A DNA stretch of 64,000 nt from Bacteroidota bacterium (lineage in GTDB: Bacteria > Bacteroidota > Bacteroidia > UBA8524): positions 53,117-117,116 of the forward strand of contig WBUH01000011.1 of the NCBI GenBank assembly GCA_008933805.1. Direction: 5' to 3'. The notes under the pieces are model-generated. The model saw nothing but the letters and a program-made list of their open reading frames with translations, was not told the origin of the DNA and did not search any database. The translations under genes were made by a program, and so were the position numbers. Shown here one piece after another: positions 47,164 to 56,333 of the stretch; position 1 is the first letter of the stretch; each line of letters begins with the position of its first letter.

Positions 47164-48467
47164 CTCCAAAACCATCGGGAATAAATCCTGATGCTATTGA
47201 TAGCAGGTTAGGGTCTGACCGCAACCCGTCATTCCCAACTTGATTGGGAATCTCACTTTTCGACCCCTACACGATTAATTATTAGGCCGACATGCCCATA
47301 GTCGCCTTCCCCTGTAGGGAAGGAAAAGTTAAAGGCTGTCTGCAAAACAGATAGTCAGGAAGGGGGTCAAAGGGTTGCGCGCGGCTTCCCTCCTTGCTAA
47401 AGCCTGTGGGAGGGAAAGGAGGGACTGAGGGAGGTGTGTTACCTAAACCCATCGGGAATAAATCCCGATGCTATTGATAGAATGTTGAGCACTCTATCTA
47501 TAGCGGCAGGTCTGCGAACCTGCCGACCAAAGACCCCATCCCGATTAATTCTTAGCCCGACATTCCCACACTCGCCTTCCCCTGAAAAGTTAAAAGCTGT
47601 CTGCAAAACAAATAGCCAGGAAGGGGTTAGGTTTTTAACTCGCCCCCGAAACTTCCCTTAGCTAGACTTTCAAATAGTCGCCCCTCTCTATATTTAGAGA
47701 GGAAAAGTTTGTTAGTCGCACAATTATCAATCATTCTGGGGTGAGTTAAAATTCTTTTCACGACCACCCCTAACCCTTCCTTTTCCCTACGCTCATACTT
47801 CGACAAGCTCAGTATTGATGCCTTGCAAAGGAGGGGAACAACCGCACAGGCTCACTAACCCAAAATGGTGGCAGCTATAAAAAATATCATTCGGCGTTCA
47901 ATGTCCCCCTCAATGAAGGGGTAGGGGGAGGATTTTTCCCCCTCCTGCACCTCCCAAAGGGAGGAGATTGGAGTGCTAATTGTGCCCATCAAAGCAATCC
48001 GTTTGTTTACCCTCATCCCAGAAAAGCACAGCTTCGCCCGAATATTAGCCAATCCCTTCTCCACATGGAGAAGGGCGACGTGCAAGTGTGGTTAGAGAAC
48101 TGGTTGCTAAGATGAGGCAAAAGCCACCACGACCACCCCTAGCCCCTCCTAAAAACAGGAGGGGAACAACCGCACAGGCTCACCAGCCCAATAATAACGG
48201 CAGTTATTAAAACTCGTTCGGCGTTCAAGGGCTATGCGCGGGGCTTCCCTCCTTGGATAAGGAGGGACAGAGGGAGGTTTGAACACTGGTTGCGGGGATG
48301 AGGCGGCCCAGCGCGTCGCATTTCCCCTCCTACGGTGGGCAGTGGGTGGTTTAGGAGGGGACTAAGGGGTGGTCAGAATAGTGGAAACGTGGGCTATTCC
48401 ACAATTATCAAATGGTCAGGGGTGAGTTAAAACAGGCACAAGCAGGACGCTAGCGGAGGTTATGTTT
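47164..48467. repeat. 1.3-kb non-coding mosaic of at least 5 short repeat families in direct and inverted copies, rich in G/C hairpins
   Basis: There is a ~275-bp tandem duplication (47164-47439 vs 47440-47650: 'ccatcgggaataaatccYgatgctattgatag...gccgacatNcccaNaNtcgccttcccctg...aaagNtgtctgcaaaacaNatagNcaggaagggg'). 'cacgaccacccctaRcccYtcc...aggaggggaacaaccgcacaggctcacYaRcccaa...ttcggcgttcaa' occurs at 47757 and 48123, with an inverted copy 'ggaggggactaaggggtggtcag' at 48350. 'gcgcggcttccctccttg...ggagggaNagagggaggt' occurs at 47380 and 48237. 'caattatcaaNNNtcNggggtgagttaaaa' occurs at 47722 and 48400. Confidence 0.75.
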
Positions 48468-49646
48468 CTATTGTTCGTTTTGCTTAATTTCTTTTTTTAC
48501 TTGATCAATAAACATACGAGGGTTCCAACCTTTTATTAAACCTTCTAATATATAAGAGTCAAACATAGTAAGCCCTAAACCACTAATACTTGGTGGGATA
48601 GGTAGACTACTTAAAGAAGATACATATTCCCCCAATGCATACATACCGAATGTTTTCATAAACTTACCCTTACCTTCTTCAAAAAAACCCTTTTTATTTG
48701 CTATTACATCTATGTATTCTCTTACTATTTCTTCTGGGGGTACAGTAATGGATTTAGCGTTTATCCATTTTCTGTACTCTTTTATGTTTTTATTATTCCG
48801 TAATTCAAACGCCCTATTAAAAGGTATCTTTTTTTGTAAAAAAAGAGAATAAATATCAGGTAAGGTTTCTTGCTTCAGAATTTCACCCGTGCCTTCAGAA
48901 ACACCTAATGCACTTCTAATGTGTCTAATACTTTCGTCTGTTAGCCGATAATAATTATATTTATTATAACTCTTATACTTCTTTTCAGCTAATACGGTTG
49001 TTTCTAATATTTGTGACCCTAAATCTAATAAGATGGTTCTTTGTGTGCTATCCAATTCTTCCGCAGCTTTTTCAAAAGGCAAATCAAACTCTGCTAGCCG
49101 GTTATTGTTATAAGCATCTAATACAATGCTCACTGCATTAGAAGAGATATTTTTTTCTGGTAGTTTATACTGCTTAAGCGCTTTTCTCTTGAAAATTCTT
49201 TTCCTGTCTCTATGAAGACCCGTAATTTTTAAAAGAAGGTTGTCAATATTTTTTTCAGGGTCACTATCGTTTTCTGTAAAACTCCCAGCTATTAATGGCG
49301 GAGTTCCTATTGCCGCCGTGTAATCAATCGGTCCATTAGCGTCCTCCTGATGACCTGTTACTGCTGCAATAACTGGTGTCCACAAAACAAGTTGAATAAT
49401 ATCTTTCTCCAAAAGCTCTTCAACTTTATTTAATCCTAATTCGCGGATAAGAAAATATAATGATAAATTATCTCGTTCTACTTTTATAGCTATTTTGTCA
49501 AATAATAGGAACTGTTCGAAAAGTAGTGCTAATAAACGTTGCTTAACTATTTCTTCTGATGGCGAGTTTTGGGGTATTGGGGCGATTTTTTGTATGAATT
49601 GTTGCCCATAAAGTTCAACTTCTGGATTAAAAACTATATCTGCCAT
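48468..49646 (-). CDS. orphan hypothetical protein in a strongly AT-rich (low-GC) gene, likely horizontally acquired
   Basis: 392-aa ORF. Its nucleotide composition is visibly far more AT-rich than all neighbouring genes (for example 'tttcttttttacttgatcaataaacatacgag...ttttattaaaccttctaatatataagag'). No signal peptide and no motif I can assign. It is bounded by the 1.3-kb repeat mosaic on its 3' side. Confidence 0.55.
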   Translation of the reverse strand: MADIVFNPEVELYGQQFIQKIAPIPQNSPSEEIVKQRLLALLFEQFLLFDKIAIKVERDNLSLYFLIRELGLNKVEELLEKDIIQLVLWTPVIAAVTGHQEDANGPIDYTAAIGTPPLIAGSFTENDSDPEKNIDNLLLKITGLHRDRKRIFKRKALKQYKLPEKNISSNAVSIVLDAYNNNRLAEFDLPFEKAAEELDSTQRTILLDLGSQILETTVLAEKKYKSYNKYNYYRLTDESIRHIRSALGVSEGTGEILKQETLPDIYSLFLQKKIPFNRAFELRNNKNIKEYRKWINAKSITVPPEEIVREYIDVIANKKGFFEEGKGKFMKTFGMYALGEYVSSLSSLPIPPSISGLGLTMFDSYILEGLIKGWNPRMFIDQVKKEIKQNEQ

Positions 49647-49752
49647 TATTTTATAAAGACTTCCATGTAAAAATACAAAATTCCCCCGATAATCTCCCCT
49701 CCCTCACCCAAATCTCACCCCACAATTACAAAAACTTTTTACCTTCGCCAGT

Positions 49753-52700
49753 ATGAAAATACTGCTGCCTGTTTTTCTTTCATTTATTACAATAAGCGCA
49801 TTCGCACAAGACAAACCCAAGTGGGACGTTAGCAACCCGCCGGGGCCGTATAAAGAAGTTACCATCACCACCCACGAGGGTACGTGGATGAACCTCGACG
49901 TGAGCCCCGATGGCAACACCCTTGTATTTGATATGCTGGGCGATATATACAGCCTGCCCGTTGCGGGCGGCACAGCCGCGCTGTTACGCGGCGGTCATGC
50001 CTTTGAGGTGCAGCCCCGCTTTAGTCCCGATGGTAAAAAAATATGCTTTACCAGCGATGCAGGCGGCGGCGATAACGTGTGGGTGATGGATGCCGACGGT
50101 AAAAACGCCAAACAAATTACCCAAGAAGATTTCCGTTTGCTAAACAACCCCGTGTGGACACCCGACGGGCAATACATTATTGCGCGCAAGCATTTTACCA
50201 GCAGCCGTTCATTAGGCGCGGGCGAAATGTGGATGTACCACATCACTGGCGGCAGCGGCATACAGCTTACCAAACGCAAAAACGACCAGCAGGACGTGAA
50301 CGAGCCAGCCCTTTCGCCCGATGGCCGCTACCTGTACTTTAGCGAGGATATGTACCCCGGCGGCTATTTCCAGTACAACAAAGACCCCAACAGCCAGATA
50401 TACATCATTCGCCGTTACGACCGCGAAACAGGCGAATTGCGAGACCTTATCAGCGGGCCCGGCGGTGCTTGCCGTCCCCAAGCCAGTCCTGACGGAAAAC
50501 AACTGGCTTTTGTGCGCCGTGTACGCACCCAAACCGTGCTGTACGTGCACAACCTGCAAACGGGGCAACAAATCCCCGTGTTTGATAAACTAAGCAAAGA
50601 CCAGCAAGAAGCATGGGCCATTTTCGGTGTGTACACAGGCTACAACTGGCTGCCCGATAACATCCACATCGTTATTTGGGCGCAGGGCAAGCTGTGGAAG
50701 ATAAACACCCAAACCCAACAAGCGGCTGAAATTCCGTTTACGGCCACCGCCACGCACCGTATACACGATGCGGTGAAATTCAGGCAGGAAGTGTCGCCCT
50801 CCACCTTCGAGGCCAAAATGATACGCCACGCCATCACCTCTCCCGACGGGAAAACCCTTGTGTTCTCTGCCGTAGGTTATTTATGGAAAAAAGAATTGCC
50901 CAACGGAACGCCTGTGCGCCTCTCTACCCAAGCCGATGCGTTTGAATTTGAGCCTGTTTTCAGTCCCGATAATAAAAAACTGTTATACGTTACGTGGAAC
51001 GATACCACCACGGGTGCTATTTGGGAATACGAGTTTAAAAAAGGAAAAACCAAAAAAATAACTACTGAAAAAGGTATTTTCCGCGAGCCCGCTTACTCGT
51101 CTGACGGTAAAAAAATAGTGTACCGCAAAGAAGGTGGCAACGACCACCAAGGCTTTACCTATTGCGAAAATACTGGCATATATATAGCCGATACCGATGG
51201 TAAAAACGTACAGTTAGTTAGCGAAGACGGGAGCAATCCTGTTTTTACTGCCGATGGAAAAAATATTTATTACCAACAGGGTAAAAAGTATTTCGAGGTG
51301 GATTTATCGGGCAATAACAAAAAAGAATTATTTACTTCAGAGTACGGAAAAGACTACACCCCAAGTCCCGACGGAAAATGGATAGCCTTTACCGATTTGC
51401 ACAAAGCCTACATTATCCCTGTTCCAAAATCGGGCAAAACCTTTGATTTGAACCGCAACACCAAAGCCGTGCCCGTTTCGCAAGTAGCACGCGATGCCGG
51501 TTTCAACCTGCATTGGAGCGGCGATAGCAAAAAACTGCATTATACATTGGGCGAAGAATATTTTACGGTAGAAATTAAAAACCGTTTCCTTTTTGTAGAG
51601 GGTGCAGCCGATAGCATTGTACCCGTTGATACCGTTGGGATAAAAATAGGTTTGCAATTAAAAACCGATAAACCCGCAGGTACAAAACTGCTTACCAATG
51701 CCCGCATAATCACCGTTGATAATAATAACAACGTGATAGAAAACGGGTATATTTTAATTAAAGACAATATTATCACCGATATAGGCTTGATGACCGATGT
51801 TTGGAAAACCAGCCCCAAAGCGGATGATACCATTGATTGCAGCGGCAAAACCATTATGCCCGGTTTGGTGGATGTACACGCGCATTTGGGTACTTTCCGT
51901 CAAGGCTTGCACCCGCAAAAACACTGGCCATACTATGCAAGTCTGGCATACGGAATCACCACCACGCACGACCCCAGCAGTAACAGCGAAATGGTATTTA
52001 CCCAAAGCGAGATGGTGAAATATGGCAGTATGATTGGTCCCCGTGTATACTCAACAGGGACGATATTGTACGGTGCCGACGGCGATTTTAAGGCCGTGGT
52101 AAATAGTTTAGAGGATGCTAAATCGGCGATACGTAGGACTAAAGCATTGGGTGCTTTTTCGGTGAAAAGCTACAACCAACCTCGCCGCGAGCAACGCCAG
52201 CAGGTGATTGAAGCAGCCCGTCAGTTGAGCATCATGGTAGTACCCGAAGGCGGTTCGTTCTTCTACCACAACATGAGCATGATTTTAGACGGCCATACGG
52301 GCATTGAACACAACATACCCGTTGCTCCTGCATATAATGACGTAATACAACTGTGGAGTGCCAGCCAAACGGGATACACGCCCACGCTGATTGTAAACTA
52401 TGGCGGCGTAAACGGCGAATATTACTGGTACCAGCACACCAACGTGTGGGAAAAGGAACGTTTGCTCAACTTTACCCCTCGCGGCATTATTGACGAGCGC
52501 AGCCGCCACCGCACCATGATACCCGAAGAAGAATACGAAAACGGGCACATTTTGGTAAGTAAGTCGTGCAAACAACTAAGCGATAGCGGTGTGAAGGTGA
52601 ATTTGGGCAGTCATGGACAGATACAAGGCATTGGCGCACATTGGGAACTATGGATGCTGGCACAGGGCGGTATGAGTGCGATGGAAGCCATACGCAGTGC

Positions 52701-53010
52701 TACGATGAACGGTGCGCAATACATCGGCATGGGCGACCAAATAGGCAGCCTTGAACCCGGTAAACTGGCCGATTTGCTGATTATGGATAAAAACCCGCTG
52801 GATACGATTACTAATACCGAAAGCCTTCGCTACACTATGATAAACGGCCGTTTATACGATTGCAATACGCTGAACGAAGTAAACAGCCCTAAAAAACGCG
52901 CACCGTTTTGGTGGGAAAACAATGGCTACAACGCCACCTTCCATTGGCACGAAGAAACCAACAGCTTTATGCCCACCCAATGCGGTTGCGGCGGCCATCA
53001 CGGGGAGTGA
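49753..53010 (+). CDS. secreted TolB-like PD40 beta-propeller repeats fused to a C-terminal metal-dependent amidohydrolase domain
   Basis: Signal peptide 'MKILLPVFLSFITISAFAQ'. Repeated 'SPDG(K/N)xLVF...D...Y' PD40 units are present (about 10). The C-terminal 'GKTIMPGLVDVHAHLG...' (HxH metal site) plus the later 'VNLGSHGQIQG' and 'ADLLIMDKNPL' are amidohydrolase-family motifs. 1085 aa. Confidence 0.8.
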   Translation: MKILLPVFLSFITISAFAQDKPKWDVSNPPGPYKEVTITTHEGTWMNLDVSPDGNTLVFDMLGDIYSLPVAGGTAALLRGGHAFEVQPRFSPDGKKICFTSDAGGGDNVWVMDADGKNAKQITQEDFRLLNNPVWTPDGQYIIARKHFTSSRSLGAGEMWMYHITGGSGIQLTKRKNDQQDVNEPALSPDGRYLYFSEDMYPGGYFQYNKDPNSQIYIIRRYDRETGELRDLISGPGGACRPQASPDGKQLAFVRRVRTQTVLYVHNLQTGQQIPVFDKLSKDQQEAWAIFGVYTGYNWLPDNIHIVIWAQGKLWKINTQTQQAAEIPFTATATHRIHDAVKFRQEVSPSTFEAKMIRHAITSPDGKTLVFSAVGYLWKKELPNGTPVRLSTQADAFEFEPVFSPDNKKLLYVTWNDTTTGAIWEYEFKKGKTKKITTEKGIFREPAYSSDGKKIVYRKEGGNDHQGFTYCENTGIYIADTDGKNVQLVSEDGSNPVFTADGKNIYYQQGKKYFEVDLSGNNKKELFTSEYGKDYTPSPDGKWIAFTDLHKAYIIPVPKSGKTFDLNRNTKAVPVSQVARDAGFNLHWSGDSKKLHYTLGEEYFTVEIKNRFLFVEGAADSIVPVDTVGIKIGLQLKTDKPAGTKLLTNARIITVDNNNNVIENGYILIKDNIITDIGLMTDVWKTSPKADDTIDCSGKTIMPGLVDVHAHLGTFRQGLHPQKHWPYYASLAYGITTTHDPSSNSEMVFTQSEMVKYGSMIGPRVYSTGTILYGADGDFKAVVNSLEDAKSAIRRTKALGAFSVKSYNQPRREQRQQVIEAARQLSIMVVPEGGSFFYHNMSMILDGHTGIEHNIPVAPAYNDVIQLWSASQTGYTPTLIVNYGGVNGEYYWYQHTNVWEKERLLNFTPRGIIDERSRHRTMIPEEEYENGHILVSKSCKQLSDSGVKVNLGSHGQIQGIGAHWELWMLAQGGMSAMEAIRSATMNGAQYIGMGDQIGSLEPGKLADLLIMDKNPLDTITNTESLRYTMINGRLYDCNTLNEVNSPKKRAPFWWENNGYNATFHWHEETNSFMPTQCGCGGHHGE

Positions 53011-53039
53011 TTTATTTATGATTTTTGACTTGTTGATTT

Positions 53040-53388
53040 GGAGATTTAATTCCCGTCTGTGCGTCATTGCGAACGGGTTTTAAAATAATTATTGAATTAT
53101 AAATAAAAGATTAGTGAAGCAATCCCAATGAAACGATACAAACGGATTGCTTCGTCAGCCGAAGACGGCCTCCCCGCAATGACGACTCGGCGTTCGTCAT
53201 TACAAGCGTCAAAATCAATTATACCCGAAACCAAAAAATAATAGCGAAGCAATCTTATACTATCTTTACAAAAAGATTGCTTCGGCAAGCTACGCAAGCC
53301 TCGCAATGACGATAGTTGCTCGAAAAGACAGAAACTTTGCGTCATTGCGAGGAGGTACGACGAAGCAATCCGTTGCCACAGAAATAAA
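53040..53388. repeat. cluster of short palindromic repeat units (core 'ggattgcttcgtcagccgaagacggcctcc[t/c]cgcaatgacg...cgtcattgcgag') upstream of the GIY-YIG gene
   Basis: Repeated 'gattgcttcg' / 'cgaagcaatc' inverted pairs occur at 53111, 53146, 53237, 53273 and 53361. 'cgcaatgacg'/'cgtcattgcg' hairpins occur at 53176/53201, 53301/53340 and 53061. Confidence 0.7.
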
Positions 53389-53700
53389 ATGAAACGTGTC
53401 GGCTATACTTACATTCTAACAAATGCTAATAACACCACATTATATGTTGGGGTTACTGCTGATTTGATGAAAAGAATGGAGGAGCATATTAATAAGAAGT
53501 TTCCCAATAGTTTTTCAGCAAAATACAATTTAACAACGCTGGTTTGGTTTGAAGGGTTTAACCACATAGAAGAAGCCATTGCAAGAGAAAAACAATTAAA
53601 AGCAGGGAGTAGAAAACGAAAAGAGGAGTTGATAAATACTATAAATCCCAAGTGGGAAAATTTATACCTCAAGATTATTTCGGGGGAGATTGAGGTTTAA
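53389..53700 (+). CDS. GIY-YIG nuclease family protein (small, stand-alone)
   Basis: 'GYTYILTNANNTTLYVGVTADLMKRMEEH' matches the GIY...YIG motif and spacing of small GIY-YIG (UPF0213-like) proteins. 103 aa, embedded in the palindromic repeat cluster. Confidence 0.7.
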   Translation: MKRVGYTYILTNANNTTLYVGVTADLMKRMEEHINKKFPNSFSAKYNLTTLVWFEGFNHIEEAIAREKQLKAGSRKRKEELINTINPKWENLYLKIISGEIEV

Positions 53701-54070
53701 CTTTGGGATTGCTTCGTCGCCCGAAGACGGCCTCCTCGCAATGACGAACTTTGGCCGCCACCTCGTCATTGCGAACAGGTAATTTCAAAAAGCAGGAAAT
53801 TATATATTTTGGTTAGTGAAGCAGTCTTTTGAAATAATTCATTGGGATTGCTTCGTCAGCCGAAGACGGCTTCCTCGCAATGACGGCTCGGCGTTCGTCA
53901 TTGCGAGCGGCAAAACCAATTATACCTGAAAACCAAAAAATAATAGCGAAGCAATCTTTAACGACCTTTACAAACGGATTGCTTCGTTGACCTAAGAAGG
54001 TCTCCTCGCAATGAACGAACGCCGAGCAGGCTTAACAATTAGCCTATAACCCTCCCCGCAATTACCGTAA
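53701..54070. repeat. continuation of the palindromic repeat cluster downstream of the GIY-YIG gene (at least 3 more units)
   Basis: 'gggattgcttcgtcgcccgaagacggcctcctcgcaatgacgaac...cgtcattgcgaac' at 53705. 'gggattgcttcgtcagccgaagacggcttcctcgcaatgacggctcggcgttcgtcattgcgagcg' at 53843. 'ggattgcttcgttgacctaagaaggtctcctcgcaatgaacgaacgccgag' at 53966. 'tagcgaagcaatc' at 53944. Confidence 0.7.
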
Positions 54071-54142
54071 AACCAAGTCTTTAGTAACAAGCAGTTGAAC
54101 ATTACCCCATTTTGCGCTATTTTTGAGGGCATATAGATTTTT

Positions 54143-55414
54143 ATGTTACAGCTTAGCTATTTACGAGAGAACACAAACGAAGCCATAGAAAGGCTTAGTA
54201 AGAAAATTGCCAACGCAAAAGAAGGCGTAGAGGCTGTTTTGTTGGTTGACGACAAACGCCGCGCAGCACAAAAAGAGCTTGACGATGTTTTGGCAGTCTC
54301 CAACAAATTGGCTAAGGAAATTGGCGACTTGTACAAAAGCGGTCAGCGTGAAAAGGCCGACGAGCTAAAACAACAAACCGTCGTGCAAAAGGAGAAAGAA
54401 AAAACCCTTTTGGGGCAGCTTGAGAAACTGGAAGCCGAGTTGAAAGATGCTTTGGTGATATTGCCCAACGCCCCCAGTCCGATGGTGCCTGTGGGTCGCA
54501 CGCCCGAAGATAACGAGGTAGTAAAAACATGGGGAACGATGCCCGCTTTGCAAGAAGGAGCTAAACCCCACTGGGAACTTACCACCCAATACGATTTGAT
54601 TGATTTTGAAACCGGTGCTAAAATTACCGGAGCAGGTTTCCCTGTATACCGCGGCAAAGGAGCAAGGTTGCAACGCGCCCTTATTAACTTCTTTTTAGAC
54701 GAAGGGTTAAAAGCCGGATATTTCGAAATTCAACCACCGATTTTTATTAACGAAGACAGCGGTTTCGGTACCGGTCAGCTACCCGATAAAGAAGGACAGA
54801 TGTACCATATGCAGTTGGATAACTTGTACGCTATCCCAACGGCAGAGGTGCCCATTACCAACTTGTACCGCGATGTGATTGTGCGCGAGGATGAACTACC
54901 CATTAAAAACATGGGCTATACTCCTTGCTTCCGTCGCGAGGCAGGCAGTTATGGTAAAGACGTTCGCGGCTTGAACCGTTTGCACCAGTTTGACAAGGTG
55001 GAGATTGTGCAGGTAACCACTCCCGAAAAATCGTACGAAACGTTGGAGCAAATGAGCGAATACGTTCAAAGCCTGTTGCAAAAGCTTGAGCTGCACTACC
55101 GCGTATTGCGCTTGTGCGGTGGTGATATGAGCTTTGCCAGTGCCCTCACGTATGATATGGAGGTGTACAGCGCAGCCCAGCAACGTTGGTTAGAGGTGAG
55201 CTCGGTATCAAACTTTGAAACCTTCCAAGCCAACCGTTTGAAGTTGCGTTATAAAAACAGCGAGGGTAAAAATATCATCGCTCATACACTAAACGGCAGT
55301 GCGCTGGCGTTACCCCGTATTGTAGCTGCATTACTCGAAAACAACCAAACCCCTGACGGAATTGTGTTGCCCAAAGTATTGCACCCCTACACGGGCTTTG
55401 AAATCATAAAATAA
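54143..55414 (+). CDS. serS: serine--tRNA ligase
   Basis: 423 aa. The N-terminal coiled-coil arm is followed by a class II core ('TAEVPITNLY', 'CFRREAGSYGKDVRGLNRLHQFDKVE', 'GSALALPRIVAALLENNQ'). Confidence 0.9.
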   Translation: MLQLSYLRENTNEAIERLSKKIANAKEGVEAVLLVDDKRRAAQKELDDVLAVSNKLAKEIGDLYKSGQREKADELKQQTVVQKEKEKTLLGQLEKLEAELKDALVILPNAPSPMVPVGRTPEDNEVVKTWGTMPALQEGAKPHWELTTQYDLIDFETGAKITGAGFPVYRGKGARLQRALINFFLDEGLKAGYFEIQPPIFINEDSGFGTGQLPDKEGQMYHMQLDNLYAIPTAEVPITNLYRDVIVREDELPIKNMGYTPCFRREAGSYGKDVRGLNRLHQFDKVEIVQVTTPEKSYETLEQMSEYVQSLLQKLELHYRVLRLCGGDMSFASALTYDMEVYSAAQQRWLEVSSVSNFETFQANRLKLRYKNSEGKNIIAHTLNGSALALPRIVAALLENNQTPDGIVLPKVLHPYTGFEIIK

Positions 55415-55417
55415 ACG

Positions 55418-55906
55418 TTGTTAAAACACATCATATATACACTGGTAGGCTCTGTGTGGGCTTTATCGGCAGCAGCACAAGGAAACGGCTGTTTCGATGA
55501 TTTTGCTAAAAATCCTACCTACCAGTGTAATACTCCTTTTAACCCTGTTTGCGCTTGCGACGGTAAAACCTACTTTAACGAGTGTGATGCCATTAACCAC
55601 GGGGGAATACAGAATTTTAGTTATACCACAGGGGTTTGCGGCGATTGGGAAATGTTTATAGGTCAAGATGCCCCTAATAGGATGATTAAAGCCTCCTTTC
55701 AGTTTAAAAACAGCGGAGGTAGCCTCACCTTTATGATTGTGGATATATACGGTAATGTGGTGCAGCAGCAGTTTATCAATAGTGTAAACAGTTTTCCTAT
55801 CCAGTTGGATATAAGCACCGTTTCTTTTACCCCGGGCATTTACATTGCGTACGCCTTTGGCGGTAACTACCGCAAAACCATCAAATTTTCGGCAGGGAAT
55901 TTTTAA
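55418..55906 (+). CDS. secreted Kazal-type protease-inhibitor domain protein with a probable T9SS C-terminal sorting domain (TTG start)
   Basis: Signal peptide 'MLKHIIYTLVGSVWALSAAAQG'. 'CNTPFNPVCACDGKTYFNECDAINHGG...C' fits the Kazal C-x-PVC-G-DG-TY-N-C-x-C pattern. The C-terminal ~80 aa ('SLTFMIVDIYGNVVQQQF...FTPGIYIAYAFGGNYRKTIKF') resembles a Por_Secre_tail. The start codon is TTG, 3 bp after the serS stop. Confidence 0.5.
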   Translation: MLKHIIYTLVGSVWALSAAAQGNGCFDDFAKNPTYQCNTPFNPVCACDGKTYFNECDAINHGGIQNFSYTTGVCGDWEMFIGQDAPNRMIKASFQFKNSGGSLTFMIVDIYGNVVQQQFINSVNSFPIQLDISTVSFTPGIYIAYAFGGNYRKTIKFSAGNF

Positions 55907-55952
55907 TTTCAAAATCGGCACACACCCGCAAAGCCGTTATATTTGCGTTGCT

Positions 55953-56324
55953 ATGCAAATCACTAAAGACAATAAACTTCGTAAACTGGTATTAGTAGGC
56001 GATAAGGTATTGATAAAGCCCAAAAACTTTAGCGATAAAACCAAAAGCGGTCTTTACCTGCCCCAAGGCGTGTATGAAAAAGACGAGGTGCAAACGGGTA
56101 CCATTGTACAAATAGGCCCCGGATATCCCATTCCTAATTTTGAAGATGACAGCGAAAGCTGGAAACCCCAAAGCAAAATGAAATACTTGCCCCTGCAAGC
56201 ACAAGACAACGATGGGGCAGTGTTTTTACGAAAAGGGGCGTATGAGGTAGAATACGAAGGCGAGAAGTATTTAATAGTTCCCCATCACGCAATTTTGATG
56301 CTGATTAGGGATGAGGAACTATAA
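55953..56324 (+). CDS. GroES (Cpn10)-family co-chaperonin-like protein, stand-alone 123-aa form
   Basis: 'LRKLVLVGDKVLIKP...KSGLYLP....EKDEVQTGTIVQIGPG' follows the GroES pattern, and the C-terminal 'YLIVPHHAILMLI' is also GroES-like. There is no adjacent groEL. The start is taken at ATG 55953. Confidence 0.55.
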   Translation: MQITKDNKLRKLVLVGDKVLIKPKNFSDKTKSGLYLPQGVYEKDEVQTGTIVQIGPGYPIPNFEDDSESWKPQSKMKYLPLQAQDNDGAVFLRKGAYEVEYEGEKYLIVPHHAILMLIRDEEL

Positions 56325-56333
56325 GTAGAGTCT

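Noticed and set aside
47164-48467. Repeat mosaic as a CRISPR array
   Set aside because: The repeats are heterogeneous, irregularly spaced, and partly inverted. There is no uniform repeat-spacer periodicity and there are no cas genes nearby.
53040-54070. Palindromic unit cluster as a CRISPR array or tRNA genes
   Set aside because: The units are hairpin-forming with variable spacers of 20-80 bp, and they interrupt around a GIY-YIG ORF. No cloverleaf is present (no GTTCRANNC T-loop with matching acceptor stem). It is more consistent with a REP/MITE-like family.
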